DNA of 64,000 nucleotides. Source: the human T2T-CHM13v2.0 reference genome, Homo sapiens. Each line of letters opens with the position of its first letter. Positions within the stretch are counted from its first letter, which is position 1. Positions 49,001 to 61,700 of the stretch are shown here, piece by piece. Location: assembly GCF_009914755.1 (NCBI RefSeq), contig NC_060947.1; one strand, given 5' to 3'. A program made the translations under genes and the position numbers. A model generated the notes under the pieces. It was given only the letters and a program-made list of their open reading frames with translations, was not told the origin of the DNA and searched no databases.

Positions 49001-52000
49001 CTCAAAGCCCTCCAAACGTCCACTTGCAGATTCTCGAAAAAGAGTGTTTCATAGCTGCTCTTTCAAAAGGAAAGTTCAACTCTGGGAGGTGAATACAAAC
49101 ATCACAAAGTAGTTTCTGAGAATGCTTCTGTTTAGTTCTTATGTGAAGATGATCCCGTTTCCAGTGAAATCTTCAAAGAGGTCCACATATCCCCTTGCAG
49201 ATTCCAAAGAAAGAGGGTTTCAAAACTGCTCCATCAAAAGGATTGTTCAACTCTGTGAGTGGAATGCAGTCATCGCAGAAAACTTTCTGAGAATGCTTCT
49301 GTCTAGGTTTGATGTGAAGATATAGACGTTTCAAACGAAGGCTACAAAGTGGTCAAAATATACACTTGCAGATTCTACTACAAGGGTGTTGCAAACCTGA
49401 ACTATCAAAGGAAGGTTCAACTCTGTGAGTTGAATACAAACATCACAAAGAATGCTCTGAGTTTGCTTCCGTTCAGTTATGGGAAGTTGATCCCGTTTCC
49501 AACGAAATCCTCAGAGAGGTCCAAATATCCCCTTGCCGATTCTACAAAACGTGTGTTTGGAAACTGCTCCATCATAACGAATGTTCAGCTCTCTGAGTTA
49601 AACTCCATCGTCACAAAGAATTTTCTGAGAGTGCTACCGTCTAGTTTTTATATGAAGTTCTTTCCTTTACTACCACAGTCCTCAAAGCGGTCCAAATCTC
49701 CACTTGCAGATTCTACAAAAAGAGTGTTTGCAAACTGCTCTATCAAAAGGAATGTTCAACTCTGGGAGTTGAATGCAATCATCACAGAGCAGTTTCTGAG
49801 AATGCTTCTATGTCGTTTTTAGGAGAAGATATTTCCTTTTCCAACACAGTCCTCCAAGCCCGCTAAATATCCACTTGCACATTGTAGAAAAAGTGTGTCG
49901 AAGCTGCGCTATCAAAGGGAAAGTTCAACTCTGTGAGGTGAATGCAAACATCCCAAAGAAGTTTCTGAGAATGCTTCCGTTTAGCTTTTAGGTGAAGATT
50001 ATCCCGTTTCCAACGAAATCTTCAAAGAGGTCCAAATATCCCCTTGCGGATCCCACAGAAAGAGTGTTTCGAAACTGCTGTTTCAAAAGGAATCTTCAAC
50101 TCTGTGAGTTGAATGCAATCATCACAAAGAAGTTTCCGACAATGCTTCTCTCTCGTCTTTCTGTGAAGAGAAAGGAAAAGGCTTTCAGGCCTTTTCCACC
50201 ACAGGCCTGAAAGCGCTCCAAATGTCCACTTGCAGATTCTGCCAAAAGAATATTTCAAAACTGCTCTATGAAAAGCAATGTTAAACTCTGCGGCTCGAAC
50301 ACAAACATCACAAAGCAGTTTCTGAGAATGCTTCAGTTTAGTTTTTCTGTGGAAATATTCCCGTTTCCAAAGAAATCTTCAAAGAGGTCCACGTATCCAC
50401 TTACAGATTCTACAAAAAGACAGTTTCAAAACTGCTCAATCAAAAGGAGGGTTGACCTGTGTGACTTGAATGCAATCATCACTCAGAAGTTTCTGAGAAT
50501 GCTTCTCTTTAGTTTTTACGTGAACATATACCCGTTTCGAACGAAGGCCACGCAGTGGTCCAAATATCCACTTGCAGATTCTACAGAAAGAGTGTTTCGA
50601 ACCTGAACTCTCAAAGGCAGGTTCATCTCTGCGAGTTAAATGCATTCATCATGAAGAACTTTCTCAGAGTGTTTGTGTTTAGTTATGGGAAATTATTCCC
50701 GTTTCCAACGAAATCCTCAGAGAGGTCCAAATATCCACCTGCAGATTCTACCAAAAGTGTATTTGGAAACTGCTCCATCAAAAGGCATGCTCAGCTCTGT
50801 GAGCGAAACTCCATCATCACAAAGAATATTCTGAGAATGCTTCCGTTTGCCTTTTATATGAAGTTCCTTCCTATACGACCGTAGGCCTCAAAACAGTCCA
50901 AATCTCCATTTGCAGATTCTACAAAAAGAGTGATTCCAATCTGCTCTATCAATAGGATTGTTCAACTCCATGAGTTGAATGCCATCCTCACAAAGTCGTT
51001 TCTGAGAATGCTTCTATCTAGTTTTCATGTGAAGATATTTCCTTTTCCACCACAGGCCTCAAAGCCCTCCAAACGTCCACTTGCAGATTCTCGAAAAAGA
51101 GTGTTTCATAGCTGCTCTTTCAAAAGGAAAGTTCAACTCTGGGAGTTGAACACAAACATCACAAAGTAGTTTCCGAGAATGCTTCTGTTTAGTTCTTATG
51201 TGAAGATGATCCCGTTTCCAGTGAAATCTTCAAAGAGGTCCACATATCCCCTTGCAGATTCCAAAGAAAGAGGGTTTCAAAACTGCTCCATCAAAGGGAT
51301 TGTGCAACTCTGTGAGTTGAATGCAGTCATCGCAGAAAACTTTCTGAGAATGCTTCTGTCTAGGTTTGATGTGAAGATATAGACGTTTCAAACGAAGGCT
51401 ACAAAGTGGTCAAAATATACACTTGCAGATTCTACTACAAGGGTGTTGCAAACCTCAACTATCAAAGGAAGGTTCAACTCTGTGAGTTGAATACAAACAT
51501 CACAAAGAATGCTCTGAGTTTGCTTCCGTTCAGTTATGGGAAGTTGATCCCGTTTCCAACGAAATCCCCAGAGAGGTCCAAATATCCCCTTGCAGATTCT
51601 ACAAAACGTGTGTTTGGAAACTGCTCCATCATAACGAATGTTCAGCTCTCTGAGTTAAACTCCATCGTCACAAAGAATTTTCTGAGAGTGCTACCGTCTA
51701 GTTTTTATATGAAGTTCTTTCCTTTACTACCACAGGCCTCAAAGCGGTCCAAATCTCCACTTGCAGATTCTACAAAAAGAGTGTTTGCAAACTGCTCTAT
51801 CAAAAGGAATGTTCAACTCTGGGAGTTGAATGCAATCATCACAGAGCAGTTTCTGAGAATGCTTCTATGTCGTTTTTAGGAGAAGATATTTCCTTTTCCA
51901 ACACAGTCCTCCAAGCCCGCTAAATATCCACTTGCACATTGTAGAAAAAGTGTGTCGAAGCTGCGCTATCAAAGGGAAAGTTCAACTCTGTGAGGTGAAT

Positions 52001-55000
52001 GCAAACATCCCAAAGAAGTTTCTGAGAATGCTTCCGTTTAGCTTTCAGGTGAAGATTATCCCGTTTCCAACGAAATCTTCAAAGAGGTCCAAATATCCCC
52101 TTGCGGATCCCACAGAAAGAGTGTTTCGAAACTGATGATTCAAAAGGAATCTTCAACTCTGTGAGTTGAATGCAATCATCACAAAGAAGTTTCCGACAGT
52201 GCTTCTCTCTCGTCTTTCTGTGAAGAGAAAGGAAAAGGCTTTCAGGCCTTTTCCACCACAGGCCTGAAAGTGCTCCAAATGTCCACTTGCAGATTCTGCC
52301 AAAAGAATATTTCAAAACTGCTCTATGAAAAGCAATGTTAAACTCTGCGGCTCGAACACAAACATCACAAAGCAGTTTCTGAGAATGCTTCAGTTTAGTT
52401 TTTCTGTGGAAATATTCCCGTTTCCAAAGAAATCTTCAAAGAGGTCCACGTATCCACTTACAGATTCTACAAAAAGACAGTTTCAAAACTGCTCAATCAA
52501 AAGGAGGGTTCAACTGTGTGACTTGAATGCAATCATCACTCAGAGGTTTCTGAGAATGCTTCTCTTTAGTTTTTACGTGAACATATACCCGTTTCGAACG
52601 AAGGCCACCCAGTGGTCCAAATATCCACTTGCAGATTCTATAGAAAGAGTGTTTCGAACCTGAACTCTCAAAGGCAGGTTCATCTCTGCGAGTTAAATGC
52701 ATTCATCATGAAGAACTTTCTCAGCGTGTTTGTGTTTAGTTATGGGAAATTATTCCCTTTTCCAACGAAATCCTCAGAGAGCTCCAAATATCCACCTGCA
52801 GATTCTACCAAAAGTGTATTTGGAAACTGCTCCATCAAAAGGCATGTTCAGCTCTGTGAGCGAAACTCCATCATCACAAAGAATATTCTGAGAATGCTTC
52901 CGTTTGCCTTTTATATGAAGTTCCTTCCTATACGACCGTAGGCCTCAAAGCAGTCCAAATCTCCATTTGCAGATTCTACAAAAAGAGTGATTCCAATCTG
53001 CTCTATCAATGGGATTGTTCAACTCCATGAGTTGAATGCCATCCTCACAAAGTCGTTTCTGAGAATGCTTCTATCTAGTTTTTATGTGAAGATATTTCCT
53101 TTTCCACCACAGGCCTCAAAGCCCTCCAAACGTCCACTTGCAGATTCTCGAAAAAGAGTGTTTCATAGCTGCTCTTTCAAAAGGAAAGTTCAACTCTGGG
53201 AGGTGAATACAAACATCACAAAGTAGTTTCTGAGAATGCTTCTGTTTAGTTCTTATGTGAAGATGATCCCGTTTCCAGTGAAATCTTCAAAGAGGTCCAC
53301 ATATCCCCTTGCAGATTCCAAAGAAAGAGGGTTTCAAAACTGCTCCATCAAAAGGATTGTTCAACTCTGTGAGTGGAATGCAGTCATCGCAGAAAACTTT
53401 CTGAGAATGCTTCTGTCTAGGTTTGATGTGAAGATATAGACGTTTCAAACGAAGGCTACAAAGTGGTCAAAATATACACTTGCAGATTCTACTACAAGGG
53501 TGTTGCAAACCTGAACTATCAAAGGAAGGTTCAACTCTGTGAGTTGAATACAAACATCACAAAGAATGCTCTGAGTTTGCTTCCGTTCAGTTATGGGAAG
53601 TTGATCCCGTTTCCAACGAAATCCTCAGAGAGGTCCAAATATCCCCTTGCAGATTCTACAAAACGTGTGTTTGGAAACTGCTCCATCATAACGAATGTTC
53701 AGCTCTCTGAGTTAAACTCCATCGTCACAAAGAATTTTCTGAGAGTGCTACCGTCTAGTTTTTATATGAAGTTCTTTCCTTTACTACCACAGGCCTCAAA
53801 GCGGTCCAAATCTCCACTTGCAGATTCTACAAAAAGAGTGTCTGCAAACTGCTCTATCAAAAGGAATGTTCAACTCTGGGAGTTGAATGCAATCATCACA
53901 GAGCAGTTTCTGAGAATGCTTCTATGTCGTTTTTAGGAGAAGATATTTCCTTTTCCAACACAGTCCTCCAAGCCCGCTAAATATCCACTTGCACATTGTA
54001 GAAAAAGTGTGTCGAAGCTACGCTATCAAAGGGAAAGTTCAACTCTGTGAGGTGAATGCAAACATCCCAAAGAAGTTTCTGAGAATGCTTCCGTTTAGCT
54101 TTCAGGTGAAGATTATCCCGTTTCCAGCGAAATCTTCAAAGAGGTCCAAATATCCCCTTGCAGATCCCACAGAAAGAGTGTTTCGAAACTGCTGTTTCAA
54201 AAGGAATCTTCAACTCTGTGAGTTGAATGCAATCATCACAAAGAAGTTTCCGACAATGCTTCTCTCTCGTCTCTCTGTGAAGATAAAGGAAAAGGCTTTC
54301 AGGCCTTTTCCACCACAGGCCTGAAAGCGCTCCAAATGTCCACTTGCAGATTCTGCCAAAAGAATATTTCAAAACTGCTCTATGAAAAGCAATGTTAAAC
54401 TCTGCGGCTCGAACACAAACATCACAAAGCAGTTTCTGAGAATGCTTCAGTTTAGTTTTTCTGTGGAAATATTCCCGTTTCCAAAGAAATCTTCAAAGAG
54501 GTCCACGTATCCACTTACAGATTCTACAAAAAGACAGTTTCAAAACTGCTCAATCAAAAGGAGGGTTCAACTGTGTGACTTGAATGCAATCATCACTCAG
54601 AAGTTTCTGAGAATGCTTCTCTTTAGTTTTTACGTGAACATATACCCGTTTCGAACGAAGGCCACCCAGTGGTCCAAATATCCACTTGCAGATTCTACAG
54701 AAAGAGTGTTTCGAACCTGAACTCTCAAAGGCAGGTTCATCTCTGCGAGTTAAATGCATTCATCATGAAGAACTTTCTCAGAGTGTTTGTGTTTAGTTAT
54801 GTGAAATTATTCCCGTTTCCAACGAAATCCTCAGAGAGCTCCAAATATCCACCTGCAGATTCTACCAAAAGTGTATTTGGAAACTGCTCCATCAAAAGGC
54901 ATGTTCAGCTCTGTGAGCGAAACTCCATCATCACAAAGAATATTCTGAGAATGCTTCCGTTTGCCTTTTATATGAAGTTCCTTCCTATACGACCGTAGGC

Positions 55001-55707
55001 CTCAAAGCAGTCCAAATCTCCATTTGCAGATTCTACAAAAAGAGTGATTCCAATCTGCTCTATCAATAGGATTGTTCAACTCCATGAGTTGAATGCCATC
55101 CTCACAAAGTAGTTTCTGAGAATGCTTCTATCTAGTTTTTATGTGAAGATATTTCCTTTTCCACCACAGGCCTCAAAGCCCTCCAAACGTCCACTTGCAG
55201 ATTCTCGAAAAAGAGTGTTTCATAGCTGCTCTTTCAAAAGGAAAGTTCAACTCTGGGAGGTGAATACAAACATCACAAAGTAGTTTCTGAGAATGCTTCT
55301 GTTTAGTTCTTATGTGAAGATGATCCCGTTTCCAGTGAAATCTTCAAAGAGGTCCACATATCCCCTTGCAGATTCCAAAGAAAGAGGGTTTCAAAACTGC
55401 TCCATCAAAAGGATTGTTCAACTCTGTGAGTGGAATGCAGTCATCGCAGAAAACTTTCTGAGAATGCTTCTGTCTAGGTTTGATGTGAAGATATAGACGT
55501 TTCAAACGAAGGCTACAAAGTGGTCAAAATATACACTTGCAGATTCTACTACAAGGGTGTTGCAAACCTGAACTATCAAAGGAAGGTTCAACTCTGTGAG
55601 TTGAATACAAACATCACAAAGAATGCTCTGAGTTTGCTTCCGTTCAGTTATGGGAAGTTGATCCCGTTTCCAACGAAATCCTCAGAGAGGTCCAAATATC
55701 CCCTTGC
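43091..55707. repeat. Recent tandem duplication with a 6171-bp (3-HOR, 36-monomer) period
   Basis: Rare variants recur exactly 6171 bp apart (cttgccgatt ~43361/49532, ctgatgattc ~45961/52132, gagtgtctgc ~47665/53836). ORF-track translations for H22-24 and H25-27 are identical. Flanking mismatches lie at 43090(t)/49261(g) and 49537(c)/55708(a). Confidence 0.9.
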
Positions 55708-58700
55708 AGATTCTACAAAACGTGTGTTTGGAAACTGCTCCATCATAACGAATGTTCAGCTCTCTGAGTTAAACTCCATCGTCACAAAGAATTTTCTGAG
55801 AGTGCTACCGTCTAGTTTTTATATGAAGTTCTTTCCTTTACTACCACAGGCCTCAAAGCGGTCCAAATCTCCACTTGCAGATTCTACAAAAAGAGTGTCT
55901 GCAAACTGCTCTATCAAAAGGAATGTTCAACTCTGGGAGTTGAATGCAATCATCACAGAGCAGTTTCTGAGAATGCTTCTATGTCGTTTTTAGGAGAAGA
56001 TATTTCCTTTTCCAACACAGTCCTCCAAGCCCGCTAAATATCCACTTGCACATTGTAGAAAAAGTGTGTCGAAGCTGCGTTATCAAAGGGAAAGTTCAAC
56101 TCTGTGAGGTGAATGCAAACATCCCAAAGAAGTTTCTGAGAATGCTTCCGTTTAGCTTTCAGGTGAAGATTATCCCGTTTCCAACGAAATCTTCAAAGAG
56201 GTCCAAATATCCCCTTGCGGATCCCACAGAAAGAGTGTTTCGAAACTGCTGTTTCAAAAGGAATCTTCAACTCTGTGAGTTGAATGCAATCATCACAAAG
56301 AAGTTTCCGACAATGCTTCTCTCTCGTCTTTCTGTGAAGAGAAAGGAAAAGGCTTTCAGGCCTTTTCCACCACAGGCCTGAAAGTGCTCCAAATGTCCAC
56401 TTGCAGATTCTGCCAAAAGAATATTTCAAAACTGCTCTATGAAAAGCAATGTTAAACTCTGCGGCTCGAACACAAACATCACAAAGCAGTTTCTGAGAAT
56501 GCTTCAGTTTAGTTTTTCTGTGGAAATATTCCCGTTTCCAAAGAAATCTTCAAAGAGGTCCACGTATCCACTTACAGATTCTACAAAAAGACAGTTTCAA
56601 AACTGCTCAATCAAAAGGAGGGTTCAACTGTGTGACTTGAATGCAATCATCACTCAGAAGTTTCTGAGAATGCTTCTCTTTAGTTTTTACGTGAACATAT
56701 ACCCGTTTCGAACGAAGGCCACGCAGTGGTCCAAATATCCACTTGCAGATTCTACAGAAAGAGTGTTTCGAACCTGAACTCTCAAAGGCAGGTTCATCTC
56801 TGCGAGTTAAATGCATTCATCATGAAGAACTTTCTCAGAGTGTTTGTGTTTAGTTACGGGAAATTATTCCCGTTTCCAACGAAATCCTCAGAGAGGTCCA
56901 AATATCCCCTTGCAGATTCTACCAAAAGTGTATTTGGAAACTGCTCCGTCAAAAGGCATGCTCAGCTCTGTGAGCGAAACTCCATCATCACAAAGAATAT
57001 TCTCAGAATGCTTCCGTTTGCCTTTTATATGAAGTTCCTTCCTATACGACCGTAGGCCTCAAAGCAGTCCAAATCTCCATTTGCAGATTCTACAAAAAGA
57101 GTGATTCCAATCTGCTCTATCAATAGGATTGTTCAACTCCATGAGTTGAATGCCATCCTCACAAAGTCGTTTCTGAGAATGCTTCTATCTAGTTTTCATG
57201 TGAAGATATTTCCTTTTCCACCACAGGCCTCAAAGCCCTCCAAACGTCCACTTGCAGATTCTCGAAAAAGAGTGTTTCATAGCTGCTCTTTCAAAAGGAA
57301 TGTTCAACTCTGGGAGTTGAATACAAACATCACAAAGTAGTTTCCGAGAATGCTTCTGTTTAGTTCTTATGTGAAGATGATCCCGTTTCCAGTGAAATCT
57401 TCAAAGAGGTCCACATATCCCCTTGCAGATTCCAAAGAAAGAGGGTTTCAAAACTGCTCCATCAAAAGGATTGTTCAACTCTGTGAGTTGAATGCAGTCA
57501 TCGCAGAAAACTTTCTGAGAATGCTTCTGTCTAGGTTTGATGTGAAGATATAGACGTTTCAAACGAAGGCTACAAAGTGGTCAAAATATACACTTGCAGA
57601 TTCTACTACAAGGGTGTTGCAAACCTGAACTATGAAAGGAAGGTTCAACTCTGTGAGTTGAATACAAACATCGCAAAGAATGCTCTGAGTTTGCTTCCGT
57701 TCAGTTATGGGAAGTTGATCCCGTTCCCAACGAAATCCTCAGAGAGGTCCAAATATCCCCTTGCAGATTCTACAAAACGTGTGTTTGGAAACTGCTCCAT
57801 CATAACGAATGTTCAGCTCTCTGAGTTAAACTCCATCGTCACAAAGAATTTTCTGAGAGTGCTACCGTCTAATTTTTATATGAAGTTCTTTCCTTTACTA
57901 CCACAGGCCTCAAAGCGGTCCAAATCTCCACTTGCAGATTCTACAAAAAGAGTGTTTGCAAACTGCTCTATCAAAAGGAATGTTCAACTCTGGGAGTTGA
58001 ATGCAATCATCACAGAGCAGTTTCTGAGAATGCTTCTATGTCGTTTTTAGGAGAAGATATTTCCTTTTCCAACACAGTCCTCCAAGCCCGCTAAATATCC
58101 ACTTGCACATTGTAGAAAAAGTGTGTCGAAGCTGCGCTATCAAAGGGAAAGTTCAACTCTGTGAGGTGAATGCAAACATCCCAAAGAAGTTTCTGAGAAT
58201 GCTTCCGTTTAGCTTTTAGGTGAAGATTATCCCGTTTCCAACGAAATCTTCAAAGAGGTCCAAATATCCCCTTGCGGATCCCACAGAAAGAGTGTTTCGA
58301 AACTGCTGTTTCAAAAGGAATCTTCAACTCTGTGAGTTGAATGCAATCATCACAAAGAAGTTTCCGACAATGCTTCTCTCTCGTCTTTCTGTGAAGAGAA
58401 AGGAAAAGGCTTTCAGGCCTTTTCCACCACAGGCCTGAAAGCGCTCCAAATGTCCACTTGCAGATTCTGCCAAAAGAATATTTCAAAACTGCTCTATGAA
58501 AAGCAATGTTAAACTCTGCGGCTCGAACACAAACATCACAAAGCAGTTTCTGAGAATGCTTCAGTTTAGTTTTTCTGTGGAAATATTCCCGTTTCCAAAG
58601 AAATCTTCAAAGAGGTCCACGTATCCACTTACAGATTCTACAAAAAGACAGTTTCAAAACTGCTCAATCAAAAGGAGGGTTGACCTGTGTGACTTGAATG

Positions 58701-61700
58701 CAATCATCACTCAGAAGTTTCTGAGAATGCTTCTCTTTAGTTTTTACGTGAACATATACCCGTTTCGAACGAAGGCCACCCAGTGGTCCAAATATCCACT
58801 TGCAGATTCTATAGAAAGAGTGTTTCGAACCTGAACTCTCAAAGGCAGGTTCATCTCTGCGAGTTAAATGCATTCATCATGAAGAACTTTCTCAGAGTGT
58901 TTGTGTTTAGTTATGGGAAATTATTCCCGTTTCCAACGAAATCCTCAGAGAGGTCCAAATATCCACCTGCAGATTCTACCAAAAGTGTATTTGGAAACTG
59001 CTCCATCAAAAGGCATGCTCAGCTCTGTGAGCGAAACTCCATCATCACAAAGAATATTCTGAGAATGCTTCCGTTTGCCTTTTATATGAAGTTCCTTCCT
59101 ATACGACCGTAGGCCTCAAAACAGTCCAAATCTCCATTTGCAGATTCTACAAAAAGAGTGATTCCAATCTGCTCTATCAATAGGATTGTTCAACTCCATG
59201 AGTTGAATGCCATCCTCACAAAGTCGTTTCTGAGAATGCTTTTATCTAGTTTTCATGTGAAGATATTTCCTTTTCCACCACAGGCCTCAAAGGCCTCCAA
59301 ACGTCCACTTGCAGATTCTCAAAAAAGAGTGTTTCATAGCTGCTCTTTCAAAAGGAAAGTTCAACTCTGGGAGTTGAACACAAACATCACAAAGTAGTTT
59401 CCGAGAATGCTTCTGTTTAGTTCTTATGTGAAGATGATCCCGTTTCCAGTGAAATCTTCAAAGAGGTCCACATATCCCCTTGCAGATTCCAAAGAAAGAG
59501 GGTTTCAAAACTGCTCCATCAAAGGGATTGTGCAACTCTGTGAGTTGAATGCAGTCATCGCAGAAAACTTTCTGAGAATGCTTCTGTCTAGGTTTGATGT
59601 GAAGATATAGACGTTTCAAACGAAGGCTACAAAGTGGTCAAAATATACACTTGCAGATTCTACTACAAGGGTGTTGCAAACCTCAACTGTCAAAGGAAGG
59701 TTCAACTCTGTGAGTTGAATACAAACATCACAAAGAATCCTCTGAGTTTGCTTCCGTTCAGTTATGGGAAGTTGATCCCGTTTCCAACGAAATCCCCAGA
59801 GAGGTCCAAATATCCCCTTGCAGATTCTACAAAACGTGTGTTTGGAAACTGCTCCATCATAACGAATGTTCAGCTCTCTGAGTTAAACTCCATCGTCACA
59901 AAGAATTTTCTGAGAGTGCTACCGTCTAGTTTTTATATGAAGTTCTTTCCTTTACTACCACAGGCCTCAAAGCGGTCCAAATCTCCACTTGCAGATTCTA
60001 CAAAAAGAGTGTTTGCAAACTGCTCTATCAAAAGGAATGTTCAACTCTGGGAGTTGAATGCAATCATCACAGAGCAGTTTCTGAGAATGCTTCTATGTCG
60101 TTTTTAGGAGAAGATATTTCCTTTTCCAACACAGTCCTCCAAGCCCACTAAATATCCACTTGCACATTGTAGAAAAAGTGTGTCGAAGCTGCGCTATCAA
60201 AGGGAAAGTTCAACTCTGTGAGGTGAATGCAAACATCCCAAAGAAGTTTCTGAGAATGCTTCCGTTTAGCTTTCAGGTGAAGATTATCCCGTTTCCAACG
60301 AAATCTTCAAAGAGGTCCAAATATCCCCTTGCGGATCCCACAGAAAGAGTGTTTCGAAACTGATGTTTCAAAAGGAATCTTCAACTCTGTGAGTTGAATG
60401 CAATCATCACAAAGAAGTTTCCGACAATGCTTCTCTCTCGTCTTTCTGTGAAGAGAAAGGAAAAGGCTTTCAGGCCTTTTCCACCACAGGCCTGAAAGTG
60501 CTCCAAATGTCCACTTGCAGATTCTGCCAAAAGAATATTTCAAAACTGCTCTATGAAAAGCAATGTTAAACTCTGCGGCTCGAACACAAACATCACAAAG
60601 CAGTTTCTGAGAATGCTTCAGTTTAGTTTTTCTGTGGAAATATTCCCGTTTCCAAAGAAATCTTCAAAGAGGTCCACGTATCCACTTACAGATTCTACAA
60701 AAAGACAGTTTCAAAACTGCTCAATCAAAAGGAGGGTTCAACTGTGTGACTTGAATGCAATCATCACTCAGAGGTTTCTGAGAATGCTTCTCTTTAGTTT
60801 TTACGTGAACATATACCCGTTTCGAACGAAGGCCACCCAGTGGTCGAAATATCCACTTGCAGATTCTATAGAAAGAGTGTTTCGAACCTGAACTCTCAAA
60901 GGCAGGTTCATCTCTGCGAGTTAAATGCATTCATCATGAAGAACTTTCTCAGCGTGTTTGTGTTTAGTTATGGGAAATTATTCCCTTTTCCAACGAAATC
61001 CTCAGAGAGCTCCAAATATCCACCTGCAGATTCTACCAAAAGTGTATTTGGAAACTGCTCCATCAAAAGGCATGTTCAGCTCTGTGAGCGAAACTCCATC
61101 ATCACAAAGAATATTCTGAGAATGCTTCCGTTTGCCTTTTATATGAAGTTCCTTCCTATACGACCGTAGGCCTCAAAGCAGTCCAAATCTCCATTTGCAG
61201 ATTCTACAAAAAGAGTGATTCCAATCTGCTCTATCAATGGGATTGTTCAACTCCATGAGTTGAATGCCATCCTCACAAAGTCGTTTCTGAGAATGCTTCT
61301 ATCTAGTTTTTATGTGAAGATATTTCCTTTTCCACCACAGGCCTCAAAGCCCTCCAAACGTCCACTTGCAGATTCTCGAAAAAGAGTGTTTCATAGCTGC
61401 TCTTTCAAAAGGAAAGTTCAACTCTGGGAGGTGAATACAAACATCACAAAGTAGTTTCTGAGAATGCTTCTGTTTAGTTCTTATGTGAAGATGATCCCGT
61501 TTCCAGTGAAATCTTCAAAGAGGTCCACATATCCCCTTGCAGATTCCAAAGAAAGAGGGTTTCAAAACTGCTCCATCAAAAGGATTGTTCAACTCTGTGA
61601 GTGGAATGCAGTCATCGCAGAAAACTTTCTGAGAATGCTTCTGTCTAGGTTTGATGTGAAGATATAGACGTTTCAAACGAAGGCTACAAAGTGGTCAAAA

